Source: an uncultured Eubacteriales bacterium (GTDB lineage Bacteria > Bacillota > Clostridia > Christensenellales > CAG-138). Taken from it: a DNA stretch of 64,000 nt. Where the stretch lies: assembly GCA_900540495.1 (NCBI GenBank), contig UQGA01000004.1, forward strand, positions 46,816-110,815, in the 5' to 3' direction. Shown one piece after another: positions 57,274 to 64,000 of this stretch; the first letter of the stretch is position 1, and each line of letters begins with the position of its first letter. Position numbers and translations under genes: made by a program. The notes beneath the pieces were generated by a model that was not told where the DNA came from, did not search any database, and saw only the letters and a program-made list of their open reading frames with translations.

Positions 57274-58298
57274 TCAGAACGCGTCGGTCAGCGTAAAGTC
57301 CAGCGGCCCGTATTCGTCGATCGGCTCGAGCGGCTCGCCCCGGTAGGGCGAGAAGGAGGCGACCGCGATGGTCCGCGCCACCGGATCGAACGTGAGCAGG
57401 CGCATCGCCCCGTAGTACCGATAGCCCTGGATGTTGTACATCAGCGCGTGCACGGCGCGCTCGGCCACGCCGTCGCCGTCATCGTCGAACGATTCCGTGA
57501 GCGCCGCGTAGCCGGTGCTGTGGCCGCACAGCACGAGCCGGATGTTCGGGTAGCGCGCGACGATCTGCTCGTGCGCGAACCGCCCGGCCGAGGAAACGCG
57601 CCCCTCGCCGCTGAGATAGCCGTGCAGCAGCAGGATGCACGTTCGGTCCCCGTGCAAATCCATGATGCCGTCGAGCCAGGCGGTCAGGCCCGGCTCCTCC
57701 TCCGCGCCCCAGCCGACGCCCAGCAGCAGCAGGCGCAGGCCGCCTGCGTCAAGCGTGTCGTACAGGGCCTTGCCGCCGGCAAATTTCTGTTCCTCGGGGA
57801 ACGCGCTCAGGAAATCCTGTGCAAGATAGGCGTCATACTCCTGTAATTTTACGCCCAGGTCGTGGTTGCCGGCCACCGGGAAGTACAGCAGCTCATCCCG
57901 GAACTGGTCGAGCGCCAGCGCAAGGTTGTCCCACTGCCATTCCTTGTATCCGTTGTCCACAAGATCACCGGTGTGCAATACGGCGAGGATGTGCTCGCTT
58001 TCGATGTGCGCAGCGATCCAGGCCCCGGCGGCCTCCAGCGCCTCCGGCGTGTGGTAGGCGAGCTGTTGCGTGTCCGGCAGCCAGACGAAGGAAAAAGGCG
58101 TTGGAACGGGAGTGGGGGATGGCGTTGGCGTGGAAGGAGGAATTTGTGGAGAAGTGGTGTGAATCAGTTCAATTCGCTGGGGGGGGGCGTTTGCGTGGAG
58201 TGGGGCGTGGAGACGATCTCGCTGCCCGACGGCGCGCAGGCGGACAGCGCCAGCAGCACGCACAACAACAGCGGGAGGCATTTGCGGACCGTTTGCAT
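57274..58298 (-). pseudogene. Lipoprotein metallophosphoesterase interrupted by a 1-nt frame break in a C9 tract
   Basis: The signal-peptide ORF (ATG 58298, MQTVRKCLPLLLCVLLALSAC..., stop 58166-58164) and the phosphoesterase body (track ORF 57274..58365. GDLVDNG, AGNHD, LHGY, CGHS) are in different frames. Adding one C at 58179-58187 joins them. Confidence 0.75.
58179..58187. repeat. G9 (C9 on coding strand) homopolymer
   Basis: ctgg ggggggg cgt, nine consecutive G on the + strand. This is the site of the frame break. Confidence 0.95.
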
Positions 58299-58355
58299 GG
58301 TGTTTGTGACCTCCTGAACGGGAATGGGGCGAACGAAAGCGCCCCGTTTTTCTCA

Positions 58356-58384
58356 ATTTAACCACATTTGCCCGCCCCGGTCAA
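58356..58384 (-). promoter_or_regulatory. Candidate promoter for the metallophosphoesterase gene
   Basis: Minus strand TTGACC (58384-58379) - 17 nt (ending TGg) - TTAAAT (58361-58356). Confidence 0.45.
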
Positions 58385-58394
58385 TACGCCCGTC

Positions 58395-58613
58395 CCCGTC
58401 AACCGGCCTGTCCGCCGCCCGCCCCGGCGGGCGCACCCGCCAACCGGTCTGCCCACGCGCCATCCGCTTTGCTTCCGGCCGCTCTGCCACCCTTGCCAGC
58501 GTCCTATGCCCTCCGGCCCCGCACGCCCGCCCGCCCCGGCGGGCATGCCCGTCACCGGCCTGTCCGCCGCCCACCCCGGCGGGCGCACTCGCCAACCGGT
58601 CTGCCCACGCGCC
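58395..58613. repeat. ~66-bp direct repeat pair with palindromic GCCCGC-CCCG-GCGGGC cores (R4)
   Basis: 58395-58461 and 58548-58613 differ by 1 indel and 2 substitutions. A third copy of the gcccgccccggcgggc palindrome lies at about 58526-58541. Confidence 0.9.
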
Positions 58614-58643
58614 GCTCCCCCATCGCTGTCGGACGAACACCGC

Positions 58644-58672
58644 TTGACACGGTGCCATAGCTGTATTATAAT
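58644..58672 (+). promoter_or_regulatory. Consensus sigma-A promoter for the GntR operon
   Basis: TTGACA (58644-58649) - 17 nt - TATAAT (58667-58672), then AAGGAGG (58684-58690) and ATG 58699. Confidence 0.7.
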
Positions 58673-58698
58673 AAGTAATACAAAAGGAGGGCGCAGCC

Positions 58699-59091
58699 AT
58701 GCTCCTGCAACTCGATTTTGAAAGCAAAACGCCCATTTACCGGCAGATCCGCGACCAGATCGTGCTGGGTATCGCATGCGGCGCACTGCGAGACGGCGAA
58801 CGGCTGCCGGCCATCCGCGCGCTCGCGCAGGAGAGCGGCGTAAACATGATGACCGTCAACAAGGCGTACGCCCTGCTCCGGGAGGAGGGGTATATCCGTG
58901 CCGACCGGCGCGGCGGCACCGTTGTATGCGCCGCGGCGCGCGACGAGGCCGTGCCGGAACGGACGTTGCAGACGCTCCGGCTGCTGCTGTCGGAGCTTCG
59001 GCTTGCCGGGCTGGATGAGACGGCGGTGCTCGCATTGTGCCGGTCGCTTCTGCGGGAGTCGGGCGCGGGAGAAGCGCCCGGCGCGCAATGA
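58699..59091 (+). CDS. GntR-family (YtrA-subfamily-like) transcriptional regulator
   Basis: 130 aa. PIYRQIRDQIVLGIACGALRDGERLPAIRALAQESGVNMMTVNKAYALLREEGYI wHTH with a short helical C-terminus. Confidence 0.88.
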   Translation: MLLQLDFESKTPIYRQIRDQIVLGIACGALRDGERLPAIRALAQESGVNMMTVNKAYALLREEGYIRADRRGGTVVCAAARDEAVPERTLQTLRLLLSELRLAGLDETAVLALCRSLLRESGAGEAPGAQ

Positions 59092-59239
59092 GGACGGCCC
59101 CGGGGCGGGCGGCTCCCTTCGGCTTCCATCACAAAAAGGAGAAGAATCGGGGAAAAACGGCGCTCCGGGCAGGGATGCGGGGCGGGCGTGCCCGCCGTAT
59201 TGCAAACCAAAGGAAACGGGTCCCGCCGGTTTTTGGATT

Positions 59240-59261
59240 CCGGGCGCATGCGTCCGGTTTT
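59240..59261 (+). terminator. Hairpin plus T4 between gntR and the downstream membrane gene (terminator/attenuator candidate)
   Basis: ccgggcgcatgcgtccgg (59240-59257, 7-bp stem including one G-U pair) followed by tttt. Confidence 0.45.
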
Positions 59262-59343
59262 GAAGGGGAACGGGGGGCGGGCTGAAGCTGGCAGTGGAAA
59301 CGAGACCCCGAAAGGGCAAATGGACGAGGAGGGCGCAACAAAG

Positions 59344-60711
59344 ATGAAATGGATCATGCTCGTGCTGATGTTCCCGGTTCTGCCGATCATCGTGGCGATC
59401 CTGGCCAACGAGGCCAAGCCGAAGAAGAACATCGTCATCGGCGTCACGCTGCCGTTTGAGGCGCGACAGACGGAGCAGGTACAGGCGGTGTGCCGCGCCT
59501 ACCGCAGGCGGCTCTGGCTCTGGTGCGGGGTGTTGTGCGCCTTGCTGCTGCCGTCGCTGCTGTTCCGGCATGATTCGCTGGCGTTCTCGTGGCAGATGCT
59601 GTGGGTGCTCGCGGCCATCGCCGTACCGTACGGCGTATACGTGCGGGCGCACCTGCGCCTGCGCGCGCTCAAGCGGGAGAACGGTTGGACGGGCGAGGCG
59701 GCGGGCAGGGTGCTCGTGGACCTGCAGGCGGCGGCCACGCCGGGCAGACGGATCGCCGCATGGTGGTTTTTGCCGGCCATACTCGCGGCGTTCGTGCCGG
59801 TGGCGGCCGTGCTGGCCGATCCGCCGACGGGCGGGGCGGGGCCGCTGCTCGCCCTGTATTTGACGGATGCGGCGATGGTGGCCGGCTGTTGGGCGTCCTA
59901 TCGCTTTCTGTACCGCAACCGGGCGGAGGTCGTGGACGGGATGGAGGCGGTCACGCAGGCGCTCACGCGTGTGCGGCGGCACCACTGGGGCCGGTTCTGG
60001 CTCGGCATGGCGTACCTGATGGCCGCGTTCGCCGTGGCCATGTGGCTGTTGATGGACGACGGGCTCGGCCTGCTGCTTGCGAGCGTGGCGTTCACATTTG
60101 CGCTGCTGCTGCTCGCGCTCGCCACGGAGATGGCGGTGAGGCGCGCGCAGTTTGCGCTGACGCGGGAGAGCGGGCAGGGCGTGTATGCGGACGAGGACGG
60201 AAACTGGTGGCTCGGCATGTTTTACTACAACCCGAACGATGCGCACAACCTCGTCAACAACCGCGTAGGCATGGGCTCCACGGTCAATCTGGCGCGCCCG
60301 GCCGGCAAGGTGCTGCTCGCGTTCACCGCGCTGTGCCTGCTGCTGATCCCGGCAGCCTGCGGCTGGGTGATTGCGGAGGAGTTCACCCCGTTGCGCGTCG
60401 CCTGCGCGGACGGGGCGATCACGGCGGATCATCTGGCGCGCAAATATACCGTCCCGCTGGCGGACGTGGAGGCGGCCGTCCTGCTTGACGAGCTGCCGAG
60501 CGGCTCCAAGGTCGTCGGCACGGCCATCGGCACGCTCTGCAAGGGGGAGTTCAATCTGAAAGGCATCGGCGAGTGCGAGGTGTTCCTGTATACCGACCAG
60601 CCGGTTTTTCTGCGCGTGGACACGTCGGATACGGTCTACCTGTTCAGCGGCGCCTCAGAGGAGGAGACGCGCGCGCTCTATGCGTGCATTCGGGCGGGCA
60701 TGGCCGGCTGA
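59344..60711 (+). CDS. Polytopic membrane protein with C-terminal soluble bacterial-PH-like domain
   Basis: In track ORF 59188..60711. ATG 59344 gives MKWIMLVLMFPVLPIIVAIL. Several TM helices. The C-terminal about 100 aa (GSKVVGTAIGTLCKGEFNLKGIGECEVFLYTDQPVFLRVDTSDTVYLFSGASEEETRALY) resembles the bPH pattern. Confidence 0.7.
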   Translation: MKWIMLVLMFPVLPIIVAILANEAKPKKNIVIGVTLPFEARQTEQVQAVCRAYRRRLWLWCGVLCALLLPSLLFRHDSLAFSWQMLWVLAAIAVPYGVYVRAHLRLRALKRENGWTGEAAGRVLVDLQAAATPGRRIAAWWFLPAILAAFVPVAAVLADPPTGGAGPLLALYLTDAAMVAGCWASYRFLYRNRAEVVDGMEAVTQALTRVRRHHWGRFWLGMAYLMAAFAVAMWLLMDDGLGLLLASVAFTFALLLLALATEMAVRRAQFALTRESGQGVYADEDGNWWLGMFYYNPNDAHNLVNNRVGMGSTVNLARPAGKVLLAFTALCLLLIPAACGWVIAEEFTPLRVACADGAITADHLARKYTVPLADVEAAVLLDELPSGSKVVGTAIGTLCKGEFNLKGIGECEVFLYTDQPVFLRVDTSDTVYLFSGASEEETRALYACIRAGMAG

Positions 60712-60734
60712 GGCGCCGCGCGCGGGAGAAACGG

Positions 60735-60763
60735 TTGCGCTTTGGCCCCTCCGATGGTATGAT
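60735..60763 (+). promoter_or_regulatory. Candidate promoter for lepA-hemW
   Basis: TTGCGC (60735-60740) - 17 nt ending TGg - TATGAT (60758-60763), about 30 nt before ATG 60796. Confidence 0.5.
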
Positions 60764-60795
60764 AAACTGACTATCTTTGGAAGGAAACGGACGTC

Positions 60796-62597
<1,802 letters not shown>

Positions 62598-62598
<1 letters not shown>

Positions 62599-63746
62599 TG
62601 GCCGGCGTCTATCTCCACATCCCATACTGCATCAAAAAATGCGCCTACTGCGACTTCGTCTCGTTCGCCGAGCCGGAGGCGGTGGGCGCTTATGTCGACT
62701 GGCTGCTGCGGGAAATCGCGCTTGCGGCGGAACGGTTGCCGGTGCCGGAGGTTGTGGAGAGCGTGTTTTTGGGCGGCGGCACGCCGTCGCTGCTCGCCGG
62801 CGCGCAGATGGCGGCCGTGCTGGACGCGCTGCGCGCGCGCTATCCCGTGGCGGCGGACGCGGAGATCACCGTCGAGTGCAATCCCGGCACCGTGGACGAG
62901 GCGCGCCTTGCCGCTTACCGGGCGGCCGGGGTCAACCGGCTGTCCGTCGGGCTGCAGAGCGCCGACGACGCGCTTTTGGCCGCCGTCGGGCGCATCCACA
63001 CGTACGCCCGGTTTGCGGAGACGATGGCCGCCGCCGCGCGCGTCGGGTTCGACAACATCAATGTGGACGTGATGCACGGCCTGCCGGGGCAGACCGAAAG
63101 CGCGTATCTGGACACGCTCGCCTGCGCATGCTCTATGGAGGGGGTGCGCCACGTGTCCGCCTATGCGCTCATCCTTGAGGAGGGCACGCCGCTTTTTACC
63201 CGGGTGCGCGCCGGAAGCGTCGCCCTGCCGGACGAGGACGCCGTAGCGGATATGCAGGATGCGGGCATGGCGTATCTGGCGGCGCATGGCTTTCAGCGAT
63301 ATGAGATCGCCAACTATGCGCGGCCGGGCTTTGCCTGCCGCCACAACCTCGGCTACTGGCAAAACGGCGAATACCTGGGCTTCGGCGTGGCGGCGCATGC
63401 GGCGCAGCGCGTCGGGGGCGTGTGGACGCGGCGGGAAAACCTGGCCACGCCGGATGCGTACAGGCGCGCCATCGCGCAGGGACGGTTGCCCGTGGCCGTG
63501 ACGCGGGCAATCGGCCGGGAAGAGGAGATGTTTGAGACGGTCATGCTCGCGCTGCGCACCGTGGCGGGGCTGTCGCTGCCGGGCTTTTTGGCGCGCTTTG
63601 GCGTGTCGCTGTACGAGGCGTACCCGGCCGCCGTGGCGGAGTTGCGCCGCCGCGGCTGGACGTGCGAGAGCGCGACGGCGTTTGCGCTCAATGCGCGCGG
63701 GCTCGACCTGCAGAACGAGGCGTTGCTGGCGTTTCTGCCGGAATGA
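62598..63746 (+). CDS. hemW: Radical SAM heme chaperone HemW (HemN-like)
   Basis: In track ORF 62466..63746. ATG 62598 overlaps the lepA stop. YLHIPYCIKKCAYCDF radical-SAM motif. Conserved lepA-hemW order. Confidence 0.9.
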
Positions 63747-63780
63747 CGGGGTTGCTTTCTGGAGACGGAGGAGGAGCGCC

Positions 63781-64000
63781 ATGCGCAGGCATATCGTGCG
63801 CAATCGCTGCATATTGCCCGCCGGGTACCTGCCGCTGTTCGCGCTGGATCTGCAACGCGACCGGCGGCTGTTGCTGTCGGCCAATGCGCTGTCGCTCGGC
63901 GTCGCGGCGGCGCTGATCTTTCTGGCGGACACGCCGCTGTCCGCCCTGGTGGACCGGTCGGCCGGCCTGTTGCCCGTCCTGCTGCGCTGCGCCGCGCTGC
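63781..64000 (+). CDS. Hypothetical membrane protein, 5' partial (runs off window)
   Basis: GGAGGAGGAG SD, then ATG 63781. MRRHIVRNRCILPAGYLPLFALDL...LSLGVAAALIFLADTPL. Open to the window end. Confidence 0.4.
   Translation, partial: MRRHIVRNRCILPAGYLPLFALDLQRDRRLLLSANALSLGVAAALIFLADTPLSALVDRSAGLLPVLLRCAAL

Noticed and set aside
58299-58365. Upstream extension of the metallophosphoesterase ORF (MVKLRKTGRFRSPHSRSGGHKHHANGPQMPPAVVV…) as its true N-terminus.
   Set aside because: The extension has no signal peptide and no SD, and it reads across the SD and signal-peptide ORF in another frame. The genuine start (SD plus lipoprotein signal peptide at 58298) is out of frame, which indicates a frame break rather than this extension.

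Overview
GC-rich chromosomal segment with a Firmicutes/Clostridia-type housekeeping gene order: clpX-clpP-tig; nadD::yqeK-rsfS; feoAB; surE; cmk-plsC-ispH::rpsA; def-fmt-rsmB-rlmN-stp-prkC-rsgA-rpe; thrC-S41 protease-ahcY; pcrA-ligA; yicC-remA-gmk-rpoZ-priA; an ABC exporter pair; lepA-hemW. I call about 55 protein-coding genes and one frame-broken gene. I found no rRNA, tRNA, CRISPR array, transposase, integrase, phage or recognisable defence genes, so I cannot point to a clear new multi-gene system. Because of the high G+C, nearly every real gene is shadowed by long antisense or off-frame ORFs in the track (Arg/Pro/Gly/Ala-rich translations), and these were rejected. Many track ORFs also start too far upstream, so starts were moved to the first start codon with an SD and a family-typical N-terminus. 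The non-routine content is mostly non-coding or architectural. (1) A 925-bp GC-rich, ORF-free, internally repetitive spacer sits between def and fmt. (2) A composite tandem array of about 63-82 bp hairpin-bearing units lies in a convergent intergenic region (20545-20885). (3) Two further GC-rich repeat blocks (4856-5110 and 58395-58613) may share a short core with the first two. (4) A lipoprotein metallophosphoesterase is broken by one nucleotide inside a C9 homopolymer. (5) A near-consensus promoter plus SD and an in-frame ATG lie exactly at the IspH/S1 domain boundary of the fused gene. (6) There are several domain fusions, two candidate leaderless starts and a small orphan P-loop gene. All coordinates and motif calls were made by eye from the sequence. 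Functional names rest on recognised family motifs, not on database searches.
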